This document shows positions 28,811 to 43,782 of a stretch of 63,971 nt of DNA, piece after piece. The translations under genes and the position numbers were made by a program. Source of the DNA: Parasitella parasitica NRRL 2501 (Eukaryota > Fungi > Mucoromycota); NCBI GenBank assembly GCA_025201805.1, contig MU619238.1, forward strand, positions 72,909-136,879, written 5' to 3'. The notes under the pieces are model-generated. The model was not told where the DNA came from. It was given only the letters and a program-made list of their open reading frames with translations, and ran no database searches. The stretch's first letter is position 1; each line of letters begins with the position of its first letter.

Positions 28811-30258
28811 ATGGGAATAGTCTTGGTTGTCATGTCTGTTCTCAGTCTGACTGCAGCTATAACGGCTAAAGGAGAGCATACTACTCTTGCCATATCCATC
28901 ATCATGTCAATCATAGCTGGTTTATGTGCACATTCTTGCTTACCGAAATTACGAGATACTTTTTTAAAAGCAAACTTATCTGGTCGCGACCTTTTGAAAA
29001 GGGATAAACCATTGCTGTAAGGGACAAAAGATTTATATATCAAGATATGTACTAATTGCTAGCAGGCCAGAAACTATGGGGCTACCTGTAGCTATTATCT
29101 ATCTCATTACTCTGTTTTTGTTTATACCGTTTCCTTTCATCGACTGGTTTGAAGGCGCTCATTTGGTTCATAAAGTTGATCCATCTATTGGAACATTTCC
29201 TTACAACAAGGTACGCTTTGATGGATTTTAATAAATACATGCACTAATAAATTGTCTAGCTGGGTGAGATACTATCCGCTATATTGGCGATTCAATCGAT
29301 GATCTTGCTAGGATTTGCAGATGATGTATTAGATGTTCGCTGGCGATATAAAGTGTGGTTTCCTGCCATTGCTGGTATTCCATTGATGATTTTTTACTAC
29401 ACAAACAAAGGGGTAACGTATGTGATGATGCCGGTACAATTAAGACCCTATCTAGGTGATTTGGTCGATTTAGGTACATGCAGTCAACGAAACCAACACG
29501 AGCCATGCTGATTGAATTGATTAGGACCACTATATTATGTTTATATGAGTATGCTCATTATATTTTGTACTCATAGTATCAATATTTTGGCTGGAATCAA
29601 TGGCATCGAGGCGGGCCAGTCTATCGTCATTGGAATCTCGGTTATTTTCAATGATTTACTCTTTATTTCCAATAATCCAGATCGAGCCAGCGTGGAAGCT
29701 CATTTATTCAGTCTCTACTTCATCATACCCTTTGTAGGCGTAACCTGTGCTTTATTATGGCATAATTGGTTTCCTGCTCGTTTATTTGTTGGCGATACGT
29801 TTTGCTATTTTGCCGGCATGACTTTAGCTGTTGTTGGTATTCTGGGCCATTTCTCCAAAACATTGCTATTGTTTTTCCTGCCTCAAATCTTCAATTTCAT
29901 CTATTCATGCCCTCAACTATTTCGACTAGTAGAGTGCCCTCGTCATCGTATGCCTCGATTGAACGAGCAAGGATTGTTGCAATGTTCTACTGTTCGGCCT
30001 AATGACAAGAAACCTGTGGGCAAACTTGGAAATCTCGTACTGAAATTTTTGCGCACATTAGGTCTCTTAAAAGTCTTAGAATATGACCAAGAGAATCGTA
30101 TTATCGAGTGCAACAATCTTACACTTCTAAATATTGTCTTGGCACATCTGGGGCCTTTGTCTGAAAGAAATACAACAATAATTGTATTATTGATTCAAGC
30201 TTGCGCAAGTTTATTAGGTTTCTTCATCAGATATAAACTTGTAAATTTTGTATATTAG
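28811..30258 (+). CDS. ALG7: UDP-GlcNAc:dolichyl-phosphate GlcNAc-1-phosphate transferase; 3 introns
   Basis: GRDLLK, PETMG, LLGFADDVLDVRWRYK, NILAGINGIEAGQ, FVGDTFCY, GHFSKT, CPRHRMP, NNLTLLN; many TM segments. Confidence 0.95.
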
Positions 30259-30338
30259 AATCTAGTGTTTTTTTTTCTGAGGTTTAATAAATCTTTCAGT
30301 CTTTTTTCTCTCTCTCTCTCTTTACCCACTACGCGATA

Positions 30339-30835
30339 ATGTCAGATAATCAATCAACGTAACTTGTAAAAGTGAATGAAAAATGCATGGATTCTCAAAT
30401 GTTCGTAAATAGACCAACAGAATCGAATCCATCGCAACAGGAACAAATGCATCCGTCGCCCTTATTGGATGTTGTAAATCAAGAAGTAAAACAATACATT
30501 GACGCTTTGTTGCAATGGACACTGATTTAAAAACTATAGAAGCCACAGACTAATACATCATCACCAATTACTGGTCCAGCACCGACAACATCTGCACCTA
30601 CAAAGAAAGAGTTGGAATTCACATCCCAAGAAGATACACCTACTCCTAGATCCTACCTTGATTCTACAGTGGTACCAACATTGTTGGAAGGGATGAAATT
30701 GCTGGTATCCGAAAGGTAAGCAGCGTTCTTGGGATCATATTTTCAGTTACTGTAATTTTAAATAGACCTAGCGATCCACTCGCTTATCTTGGCCATTTTT
30801 TACTTTCTCGATCGAATGAAGGAAAGCAACTCTAA
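30339..30835 (+). CDS. DPY30: Dpy-30/Sdc1 COMPASS subunit; 3 introns; not in the ORF track
   Basis: Spliced MSDNQST...PTPRSYLDSTVVPTLLEGMKLLVSER|PSDPLAYLGHFLLSRSNEGKQL*, the Dpy-30 dimerisation motif; start codon inferred from in-frame GT-AG introns. Confidence 0.85.
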
Positions 30836-31091
30836 ACTGTCACCTTGTTGTTTATAACGACCGCAAATATCGTCAATTCATCGTTACTCAAGAGTTAATT
30901 GTAGCCCTTTTGAGTTTTATTTTCATAAATTCCTTCTTGTCTCTTTCATCCAACTCCTTTTCTTTTTTATCATCATTCATATTTAAAAAGAGAATAAGTA
31001 ATTCACTTCCCCCCTTCCCCACCCAATTGCCCAATAAATACACATTTGCAGCACATAATCCTTTGGTTTCCTGATATAATATAAATATAAG

Positions 31092-31444
31092 ATGGGATTC
31101 ATCGAAAAAATCAAATCTAACGTAGAAATGTGGAAGATTGAAAAATATACCAAGCGTAGACCAGTGACATCCCCAGATTTTGAGCAAAAAGGTATATATT
31201 ACCTCTTAATGGCTATTATCTGCAGACGAAGACTGACATCAAACAAATTTCTACATTTATAGACCGAGAATTTTATCGTCAATTTTATAAAGATGGGGTA
31301 TATCTACACCAGCAGCCTAATGGAGCTCCAGCTAACTCAAGCAGTGGTGTCATCAATTCAATTAGTAGAAAAACTACTCTTTTACGAACAAAGAGTGAAA
31401 AGATTTTGCGTTCTTCTGAAAATTACAATAGCACGGCACGATAA
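31092..31444 (+). CDS. Small uncharacterised protein (about 93 aa); 1 intron; not in the ORF track
   Basis: MGFIEKIKSNVEMWKIEKYTKRRPVTSPDFEQK|DREFYRQFYKDGVYLHQQP...STAR*; GTATAT...TAG intron at 31192-31262 with a CTGAC branch keeps the frame; TATA-rich sequence immediately upstream. Confidence 0.7.
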
Positions 31445-34204
31445 CCTTAGGAGGTTTTCTTGGCCAGGTTTTTTTGTATCACCTTTCAATTTATTTTTAT
31501 TTACAAATATAATAATAAAAAGATCGTGCAATATAGTATTACTTTGGACAATGTTGGTTCGCTATAAATGATTCAAAGACAAGTTTCCTCTGCTTGAGAA
31601 CACATTTGAAAATAGAAGTTAGAAATGAATGATATGATTATGCTGTGCGATGCTGCTAACTTATATGATAATGAAGAGATTCGAAATAATATATCTACAC
31701 ACATAACTTGACCAATTGATCACAAAAATTCTCTTTGATGCATAGTGCTGATAAGTTGAAGCCGTTAACATGTTTTTAAATAGAACAGAGTTTACAGCTT
31801 AAAAAATCGCCTTTTTTAGTTAGACCATTTCCAAATTCGAGAGATTCAATCTTTTCGCCCGATTTTCAACATTATCTACTCTGTTAGAGAACTTTCCTTA
31901 TAAATGAAAATGCATGATCGTTTATTTTATGCCAAGTTTCATACGCACTGAAAATAAGATGTGCCTGGCGTAACGCCGACATCTCGAAAATCAACAAACT
32001 GAAAAAAAACCAACCAAAGCATTTGTTAACTCCATTCCTTCTTGGTTTGTGCTTGCTTTGCTTTATTCTTGTAAAATTTAATAAATTTACTCGGTTTAAT
32101 AACAACTACATGATACATTATACGGAGAGACGTTACACGTAAAATAATGATGCTAAATCATAAAATAAAAGTTCGGGAGGAAAGCTACATTTGTTGATTC
32201 CTTTAGTACAAGTAAGTGTAAAAAGTGAAAATTGTAATTCATCATACACTTCTCTTTCAAAAGAAAAAACCACGTAGAGTTATAATTGCTACAATACTGT
32301 CTTGACTACGCAGCTTAAAGCAGGAGTGAGGTAACTGCCATGCAACATAAGACCCTGTCGAACCTTCACATTGAGACTTTTAAAGTTTATTATCTGCTTT
32401 GGTGGATAAGATGTGGTAGTGGTAATGGTAGTGGTTACATAGAATATGACTGATTGTTTAAAATGGGTAAAGACAATTTCGATGGTGGTCCTAGTCTTTA
32501 AAAGACAAGTATTGTTTCTCCTTATTTATTACTTGACATTTGATGTATGAGTAAGATATTGTTCAGAATAAGATTTATTATTATATGGATAGTGTTCCAT
32601 CATGTAACAGTAGTTCAGGATTACCAATGAAGATTATTAAGAATATATCACTAATTATAGAATAATTCGATGTATATGTCGAAAATGACAGATTGAGCAT
32701 AGTATGTAATATCAGTTCATGACTATTCATAATGTTTCTGGTTTTTTATAAGAGTAGGATATTTTTCAAATTCAAAAGTGAATACATGGTATGCATATAT
32801 TTTCAAATATTAGAATCTGTTTTTATATTATGTTAATTGACTGAAATGTTTACCGCCTTTCATAATAGCCCATTAGTGTTATTAATGGAATTAATCAGGT
32901 AAAAAATATTGTTTATCAATGGATCAAGAGAGAGAGTTTATATACTATTCGAACTTTCGCGATTGACACGAGAATAAGGTAATGTTAGATGGCAGGATTT
33001 GGGTAATTAGAACAATATATTGAGTACCTATTGTGAATGACATGCCACCATGATAGCGGATTTGTAATCTGATTTGGAACGGATCAAGTCTTAATTTGAC
33101 AGTAATCAACCAAGAAAACAGGTCTTCACAAGTTTATTCAGCAGCAGACACTATCTAGAGTAATAATCAGCAATACTCAGTGATATATTGAATGCCACAT
33201 ATCACAATATCCTCCATAAATTACGTGAATCAAATTAATATACCACCAAAGTTCCTTACTGTACTCGTCTGCATTACCTTTATGGCGTTGGAATAAATAT
33301 ATAACCCGGATCTCACCTTTAAACCTCTTCAGCTTGTATAAATCCTCCAATTTGAATATAGTAGACGATTTCTTTATTTACCAGATAAACTCTCGAAAAA
33401 CTTTGACAACGAAAAAGTTTACCATAGAAAGAGAAATTTGGCTCTAGTTTGTTGAAGTTAAACTGGGCAAGAAAGGCTAAAATCAGTAGGCGCAAAAATA
33501 TAATTAAAAGCTAATCAAAAATGGCTTTTTGAGATCGTATAGGAATTCCCAAATTGTATACCATTTTGGCTTATTTGCCTATCCAGATGTGGCTTACAAG
33601 CTACATGTAGTAATTTAGGATCTAGATGCTCTCAAGTCTAAAGCTTCTTGATATGTTTGTCCTTTTATTTGGCAGAAATTCAAATTTGAGTTATAAATCA
33701 GAAGCTTGTAAATGAATTAAGAAAGGGAGAATAGAGATGTGTAGATTAAAAAGTTGACTTTAATAGGCTACTGTAAAAACTACATAGAGCAAGAGAGAGA
33801 GAGAGAGAGAGCCAGTGCGAGATTGCCAATGTAAAAAGTAACAGAATAATATCTCGATCGTGAATACCAACATTTATATCTGAGCATTAAGAAAATTAAC
33901 CTAGTTCAGAAGGAGGTGAAAATAACCTCTAACCTCATAAAACTAAAAGTCATGATGCATTTGGTTAGAGAGATATACAGAGAGACAAAACAATGTCTTC
34001 ATTTTGCTTTATTACGTATGCTTGTATACTAGTACGGTTTTTAACCAAATCGCATATCCTATTTAAATCTGTTGGCAACATTATTCATTATAATGCCAAA
34101 AAGGAAACTGCGGCGTTGTTTTAGCAACTGATGAATTTTCTTTAGTATCTGAATTTTTTTTTTATTTTTATAAATCCTCCTTTTTCACTTATTACTTTAA
34201 TATC

Positions 34205-36500
<2,296 letters not shown>

Positions 36501-36899
36501 CTTTTCTGGATTCAACAACTGGAAGTAATTATTCCTATCTTTGCTTTACACCAAATCTATAGCACATTTTTCTCATGATTAAACCCCTCTATCCTTCTTT
36601 TCAAAAAAAAAAAAAGCCCTACCTGCAAAAAAAGAGCAGAAGGAAAAAAAACATGATACGTAAATCATGAGCTCACTTCAAATGTAAATAGATTTATGAA
36701 TAAAAAAAAACCAACATGATTACTCCATTTTTGAATTTTCAAACATTTTTATTTACCGTTCATTATGAGATTTGCAAACATCCAATACAGTGTTAGATTA
36801 CAGAAGTATGTTGCTTTACAAATTATTATTATTATTTTTTTTTTTTTTGATTTATTTATATATTTCTCGATGTATGTTTTAACTTTTGTAATAAATCTC

Positions 36900-38618
36900 T
36901 TAATTTGCTTCTGCTTCCAGAACAGTACCACGCTTGATCTTACCCCAACCAATAAGACTATGTACAAAATATCAGTTTCCTTTCGATCATCCTTAATTCC
37001 AGCTAAAATACTTACCGCCAATGTCTTTCAATCTTTCTTGAGATAGCAACCTTATCACCAACTTCAGTACAAGTGGGACCGGTCAAAATAATCTTTGCAA
37101 GATCAGCCTTAACACCGACAACACGACCACCAGTAGAGACAGAGCCGATGTTTACCAAAAGTAGTTCGCCCTTTGATAATTTAGCGACCTTGGCTTGCTT
37201 CTTGTCATCAGTCTTGACACCCAATAAGCGACGCAGCAAAAAGTAAGAGATTTCGAGTTCGGTATAGATTGAAGGTAAGGTACCAGGATAACCCAAGACC
37301 TGACCGACCAAACGATCACCACGGCACAGAGTAGGGTCCATCTGAGTACCAACACCGATTAAACCACCAGGAACAGCAAACTCTAACTTGTTTGTTTCGG
37401 CAGCTAATGTCAAAATCTTTGACAAGATAGGGCGAGCACGAATACGACCCTCTTGATCCTTGATGATCACACCAGGGCGGACTTCAATGTTATCGCCAAT
37501 CTTGAAAACACCCTTGATGATGGAACCACCAGCAACACCACCATGAAGGTTCTCAACATCGGCACCGGGTTTGTTAATATCAAAAGAACGAATAACAATT
37601 AATCTAGGATCAGCAGAGAAATCACGAACTGGAACAGGAATCTTCTTGGTGATATATTCATTGACAGCGTCGATGTTGTATTTAAGCTGGGCAGAAATGG
37701 GGACGATGGGAGCACCATCAGCGACGGTACCCTTTACAAATGCAAGAATATCTTCATGTTGCTCGTGTGCGGCCTCCTTCTTTACAAGATCAACCTTGTT
37801 TTGAAGAATAATGACATGTTCAAGCTTCATGATTTCGATAGCTGCGAGATGTTCGGATGTTTGAGGTTGAGGACAAGATTCGTTACCTGCAATCAGTAAG
37901 AGTGCTGCGTCCATGACAGCTGCACCAGACAACATGGTGGTCATCTAAAGAACACGCAATTAGTAAACTATCCCACTTGCACACATTTCGTTCTATATTT
38001 ACAAGAATATCGTGACCAGGGCAATCTTATTGAACAAGAATACGATTAGCAATTTTGGTCAAGAAACAAATATCAAATTCCGCCTTTACCAACAAAACTG
38101 ATATGGCGAACGAGCTCCATGGTTCCGCCGCATCCAGAGCGTTCGCAAACGGGGTTATCCTCTTTAGCAGAGCCGTATGATTTATAGCAGCCAGGTCTGG
38201 GGCATTCATGATTGCTACACTTGAAAATCTTGGCATTGGCATAACCCAACTTGATGGTGATATTTCTTTCCATCTCATTTTTGAAACGGACAGTCTATTT
38301 GTACGTAAAAAAAACACGAGATATTAGTATTTCTCGATATATTTACTTGAAGCCTCATCTATTAGTCTAAAGCAAGGACCAATGTTTACCTGGACACCTG
38401 AAATGGCTTTAACAACTGTAGATTTGCCGTGAGCTACGTGACCGATAGTACCTATTACATGACATTTGAAGAAAATTTTTTTCGTTAAAAATCGAGCTGC
38501 GTCGTCAGAGGATTCGACTCGAGTTTATCGTACCAATATTGATAGTAGCTTGTTTGGAAATAACCTCATGTGACAAAGGGGTCAACTTGGTGACATCAAT
38601 TTGAGCAGCTTCTGTCAT
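36900..38618 (-). CDS. GCD11: Translation initiation factor eIF2 gamma; multi-exon
   Basis: [16 protein letters not shown]...[49 protein letters not shown], final exon [18 protein letters not shown]. Confidence 0.96.
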
Positions 38619-38954
38619 TGTGTTGAATATGTCTAAATGTATTGATGGGAAGGGAGAGGAAAAAGACGTAGGATGTTGCAAAAAATTAAAAAGGAAAAGC
38701 GTTCGTCTAAACAGTCACTGCCAACAGATTTTTGGTGATTCATGTTGACAGTTGATTGCTCCCTGACAGAGCAATGATCGCTGAAGTTACTGTACAATAG
38801 GTGTGTCAGTCCATTCATTAGAGAGGGTTGCTTTATTAAGATGGTTTGAAAAATATCGATGAAATACAAATGTTACACATAACCTCTTTTACTCTTTCTT
38901 GAGATTTGATTTTGTCTGTGGATACGCAAATTATTAGTATGTGCAATGTAAAGA

Positions 38955-40650
38955 TTATTTGACATTTACCTCTTCTTTGCCTATCTTAAAGGTCATCTTG
39001 TTAAGAATGATGCTGGCAATAAATAAAACAAATATAGCAGCAGACGCAACTAGAGGTTTTTGTATAAGAGAAAAGACAGAATACTCGTACTCAATCTAGA
39101 GAAAACAAGGTAAATATCAACGAACATTATACATCTTTCTGCATTAGCAATACCTGAATAGGCAACTCGTGTTCTCTGACGACGTTACTCTTTTCTAAAA
39201 TGATCATAGTACGGCCAGTCGAATCGAAATAGGTAAAATGAGATGCAATTGATTCCGAGTCCATATCGAAAGGAGCGGTAAGCTTGACATTTCTAGTGTA
39301 AAACACGGTTAGTTCCTGCCAATGTCAAATGTGTCGTCTTAATTTTACGTTGATCCTTCGGGCAAGACAACACGAACGACGGCTTTATCAACAATCATGC
39401 TCTTGACATTCTCAACAAAGTTAATATTGAGTACATATTTCCCATTCTTGGTTTTATGAACATAAGATCCAAGATCAGCATTAAAGCCCTGATACCAAGT
39501 ATAATTCCAGCCACCAAAAATAGGATAACGAGGTCTAATTTCCAAGACTGATTTTTTCCCTGCGTTTCTAAAATTTGACGTTGATACGTTCCCGACTTCA
39601 TCACGGAAATAAGGATCGTGGGCTGAAGCGGGTAGATCAAACGAAAGGCCCTTTAGAACGTTAGTTTGATCATGCAGATGACCAGTGATTTGATACTGAA
39701 CTCGGTTAAAGTCAGACTCCAAACTGCAAAACATCATACGTGAGCTGCCACGCTACAAATTGTGTATTTTTTTTTTTATACTTACATGGAGCCGTCGTTA
39801 CGCAAGGCGTAGTGCTCTTCTACTGCCAGATTCTTGCCCCAGTGAGATACCTCAATTTCGCGTTGAAGGGAAGTAATGGTGATCAATGGCTTTAGGTTTT
39901 CAAAGTGACAGGTGGCAATGTCAAACGAGAATGGAGCAACATCGGAATATGGCCCATAAATAACCTTATTTTTGCTGACAGAACTCTTTCCTTGAGCGCC
40001 CTTGTGGCTAGCGATGTTGCTAGTAGGTGTTCTATTATGGCTTGTTAGTACGCAAGCACATGTAAAAGAGCCAATTGAACTCACTGAAGGGTTGTCTTGG
40101 TCTCCTTGGTATGATAGGGCGAAAGAAAATATGAATTGAAAGCGTAAACAGTGTGCTGGCGAGAAATTTGTGGCAATTTGGCAGGCATTGGCTTTATATT
40201 GTGGATATATGCAATCTTGAGACCAATAAGAACATCCTCTTCAGGCTTGACAGGTTCATGCAAAGAAACCTTATAAACATTCATATCACTAAGTTTGATG
40301 GAATGGTAAACTACGTTAGTATATGGGATACGCATCTACATTGCAACTTACGTCAGGGCATCCCATTCTTCCAGACTGACATCAAGTTCAGTCTTTTGTT
40401 TCCTCAAGAACGCAAAGATGGTGGCAGTATTTTTAGCAAGGACAGCAGGCAGATGAAAGTAGTATGCGTTAGCATCTTTGGTGTCAATATTCTTGGCCCT
40501 GATTCCAATATCTTCACGAGCAATGGCACTATCAACGTCAATGACACGCAAGACTTTGCTGTTTTCAAACTGCGTAGGAATAGCCCACACACAGCTGATA
40601 GCACAGCCTAACGCGAAGAATACATTAAAGAGAAAACGGACCGAGAACAT
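38955..40650 (-). CDS. OST1: Oligosaccharyltransferase subunit ribophorin I; multi-exon
   Basis: Signal peptide; SPYHT, YGPY, IEVSHWG, YFRDEVGNVSTS, RPRYPIFGGW, LPEG, TYFDSTGR; C-terminal TM helix after QKPL. Confidence 0.93.
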
Positions 40651-40906
40651 GGCCGTTTATTACAAATCCTGTACAAAAGAGAGAAGAGGAAAGGTGAACG
40701 AAATTTGATTGATGTACAAAACTTGTAGGTTGAAGGAAAGCTCATAAATTACATTCTTGGCCAATTGAAAGACGACATACGTCAGAGTAATCGAGACAGA
40801 TGCGACACACACATAACGGAATCCTAATTTTGAGAAAGAAAGCAACTTTCAGATGGCCATTTGATCAATCCTCCTCTTTTTCCGCAACTGCAACAGAAAT
40901 AACATC

Positions 40907-41458
40907 ATGGCTCACAGCAACGTTTGGAACTCCCACCCCAAGACCTATGGTAAGGGCTCTCGTCAATGGTAAGTTCTGCAATAGTATTTTGCTGTGGATT
41001 ACGATGCTTGTGATGATTGCAATGTTCATTCCATCCATCAAATGAATATGTTGAACAAATACAAGCCACCTGAAAAAATATTGTTTTTTTTTTCTACAAG
41101 AAAAAAAAAAGGACCTGGAGATGGCTATACTATGACACTCTTAAGAGTTGAATATTATAGCCTGGATCATGGCCTAGTTGTTTTTTTTTTTAAAGTGGCC
41201 TTGTTTGCAATCTTCACAACCCTCGGTGTTCCTAAGAAAAAAAAATTTTTTTTATTTGAAAATTTGGTTAAAATTTTTTTTTTACATCAAGTCGTGTTTG
41301 CGCTCATCGTGCTGGTTTGATCCGCAAGTACAACCTCAATGTCTGTCGTCAATGTTTCCGTGAATACGCCAGCGATATCGGTTTCCACAAGGTCAGTTTT
41401 TATAATTTTGTTTTAAATATGGAAGTGATGCTGATTGATTTCCTTGCAGTACCGTTAA
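40907..41458 (+). CDS. RPS29: 40S ribosomal protein S29 (uS14); introns 40969-41291 and 41392-41449
   Basis: [21 protein letters not shown]|[33 protein letters not shown]|YR*. Confidence 0.97.
41010..41073 (+). ncRNA. Candidate intronic box C/D snoRNA
   Basis: C box GTGATGA at 41010-41016, D'-like ATGA at 41042, C'-like ATGTTGA at 41048 and D box CTGA at 41070-41073, inside an unusually long (323 nt) ribosomal-protein intron; target not established. Confidence 0.45.
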
Positions 41459-41710
41459 ATCTCTCATTACCGGGAAATCACTTTTCTTGTTTCTACTCTG
41501 TAAGCAGAGTACTATTTTAATCAAATAAAGTATGCTCTCATAGAGTCCAACAATTTTAAATCTTGAACGAGCCCAATTATGGCGCATGATCTCGAATTGC
41601 GCCAGAGTCTCCTGAAATGGCACATTTGAGTTTACAAGATATGAAAGCGAGAATTATCTTTCTAATCGTCTGCCTCAATCTTTTAACTTTTTTTTTTTTA
41701 AAAAAAAACA

Positions 41711-42901
41711 ATGACTATAGATGTTATCCCTGTTCTTGATTACTCCAAGTACAAACTAGATGACCCAAACTCTGTGTCATCCAAGGAGTTTTTGGACAGT
41801 CTTTATCAAGCCATGAGCAAAGTGGGATTTTTCTACATCAAAAACCACGGCGTTCCGTTGGACTTGCAGCAAAAGGCTTTTGACACTGTCAAGTCCTTCT
41901 TCAAACTGCCAATTGAGGAGAAGCTTAAAGTAGAGCTTAAAAATTCGCCTCATTTCAGAGGATATTCTCAATTGAGTAAAGTACAAACCGCTAGCAAAGT
42001 CGCGATGTGCACTGACCTTATAATGGAAATAATACACGTAGATGCAGAAACAACAGATTATCAGCAAGATAATCGAGAGCAGCTTGACCTTGGTAGAGAA
42101 TACCCAGCTCTGCCTATTGAAGGATACAAAGTGTATGCTCATTTGCGTGGGCCCAATCAATGGCCAGATCAGATTCCTGAATTTCAAGAAAAGGTGACCG
42201 AACTGATGGAAGCCATGACCAAGGTAGGTCTTGTACTCATCAGAGCAATGGCCCAAGTGCTCCGATTTGATCAAGCCGAGTTTATGTCGTTGTTTGGTAA
42301 AGACTATGGTGTCAGATGCAAATTGCTTCGATACCCCGCCCTCAATGACCCCGTTGATAGACCTCTTGACCATGGTTTGGGGGTAGGGCCTCATAAAGAC
42401 ACAGGATTTTTAGCTCTTTTACTGCAAGACCATGTTGGAGGACTGCAAGTGCAAATGAAAGATGGAAGTTGGGTGGTAAGTTGTGTTCAAACAATAAATC
42501 AAGACCCAGCATACATAGTAATTCTCCAACAAAAGGACGCTGACCCCATTCCAAACACTTTTATCGTCAACATTGGAGAGATATTTGAGCGTTTAACAAA
42601 GCAAGCTTTTGTTGCCACAACACATCGTGTTATTAACAAACCTTCTGCCAACTTTACGGATCGCTACTCGATTCCATTGTTTTTGGCACCAGCTTTAGAG
42701 ACCAAAATACCGCAAATAGATATGCCTACAGCTGCGGAAAGAAACGTTGTGTCTGATGTAAAGCAAGACCAGCTATTGCAGGATGAAATTTATGGCGTGA
42801 ATGAACTGTTGGGCTATTTGCGTAGTCATAAGGCGACAGCAGACAAATGGTATTACTTTGATGAGCAGGAAAAGAAATGGCATCGAAGACCTATTGCTTG
42901 A
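41711..42901 (+). CDS. 2-oxoglutarate/Fe(II) dioxygenase (IPNS-like, DIOX_N plus 2OG-FeII_Oxy); introns 41976-42041 and 42476-42535
   Basis: IPVLD, VGFFYIKNHGV, FF.LP.EEK, FRGY, GPNQWP; HxD...H triad (HKD...THRV); RYS. Confidence 0.92.
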   Translation: MTIDVIPVLDYSKYKLDDPNSVSSKEFLDSLYQAMSKVGFFYIKNHGVPLDLQQKAFDTVKSFFKLPIEEKLKVELKNSPHFRGYSQLSKVQTASKVAMCTDLIMEIIHVDAETTDYQQDNREQLDLGREYPALPIEGYKVYAHLRGPNQWPDQIPEFQEKVTELMEAMTKVGLVLIRAMAQVLRFDQAEFMSLFGKDYGVRCKLLRYPALNDPVDRPLDHGLGVGPHKDTGFLALLLQDHVGGLQVQMKDGSWVVSCVQTINQDPAYIVILQQKDADPIPNTFIVNIGEIFERLTKQAFVATTHRVINKPSANFTDRYSIPLFLAPALETKIPQIDMPTAAERNVVSDVKQDQLLQDEIYGVNELLGYLRSHKATADKWYYFDEQEKKWHRRPIA

Positions 42902-43710
42902 TTTTGCCTCAGAGATGCAATGAATCATGCCCGGGATGTGCTGATGCTCGATAAACTTGGCTATCAAATATCAGATTGCTTTCAGAGAGTACATTCTGAT
43001 TCTGGATTAGACAAGTCGGTGCAACTCCTAAACTTATTTAGAATCTTGTGCATCATAAAAGCTGCAAATAAAAGTTGTTCAAATATGAGTTTGTTGATTT
43101 AATTTACAAGAAAAATGTCATTCAATCTTTTATCTTTATGCACTACTAACTATCTACGCTCAAAGGGAGATGCATGTATACGTTTGGCAAGGAAGCGATT
43201 AACAAAAAGTTGGTTATTAAATTCCCATTTCAGGTGACCTGAATGGCTTATTTAAAGATGATTAGCATACTCCATTTATCGAGGACATGAATTGAGTTGT
43301 ATTTAACATTTGGAGCCGTCAGCAATGAAAATTGTGTTCGAGATAAAGCAAGTCGACTCAAGCGTGAACTTTTCTCCGAGATGTGCTTGATATGAAATCA
43401 TCGATCTTATTTTGTCTTTTCGGTGTATGCCGAGTTGATTCGTCTTATAATCGCTGCACACATGATATATGAAATATCACAACCAAGGCTGAATGGTTTA
43501 GGCCGTACATATATGACTAAAAACCGTTTTTTTAGTGTTCCCTCGATGATAATTATAGCATATACGTATTTGAAACAAAAACCATTACATCGGGATAAAA
43601 TGAGCATGTCTTGCCGTGCATGATAATGAAACATGGGTAAATTGAAAAAAGTGTCAAATTTTGCTTAAAAAGACTCTTTTCTCATTTTCTCTTTGTTTTC
43701 TGATCAGTTT

Positions 43711-43734
43711 GTGTGTGTGTGTGTGTGTGTGTGT
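43711..43734. repeat. (GT)12 microsatellite upstream of the ABC transporter
   Basis: Read directly. Confidence 0.95.
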
Positions 43735-43782
43735 ATATAACAAATCATACTATAACTAGAGTGCAGTTTTCAATCATATAAA

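Noticed and set aside
31600-34100. Possible retroelement remnant in the 2.5-kb AT-rich gap before DED1
   Set aside because: No convincing RT, RNase H or integrase motif, and no LTR or TIR recognised; frames are short
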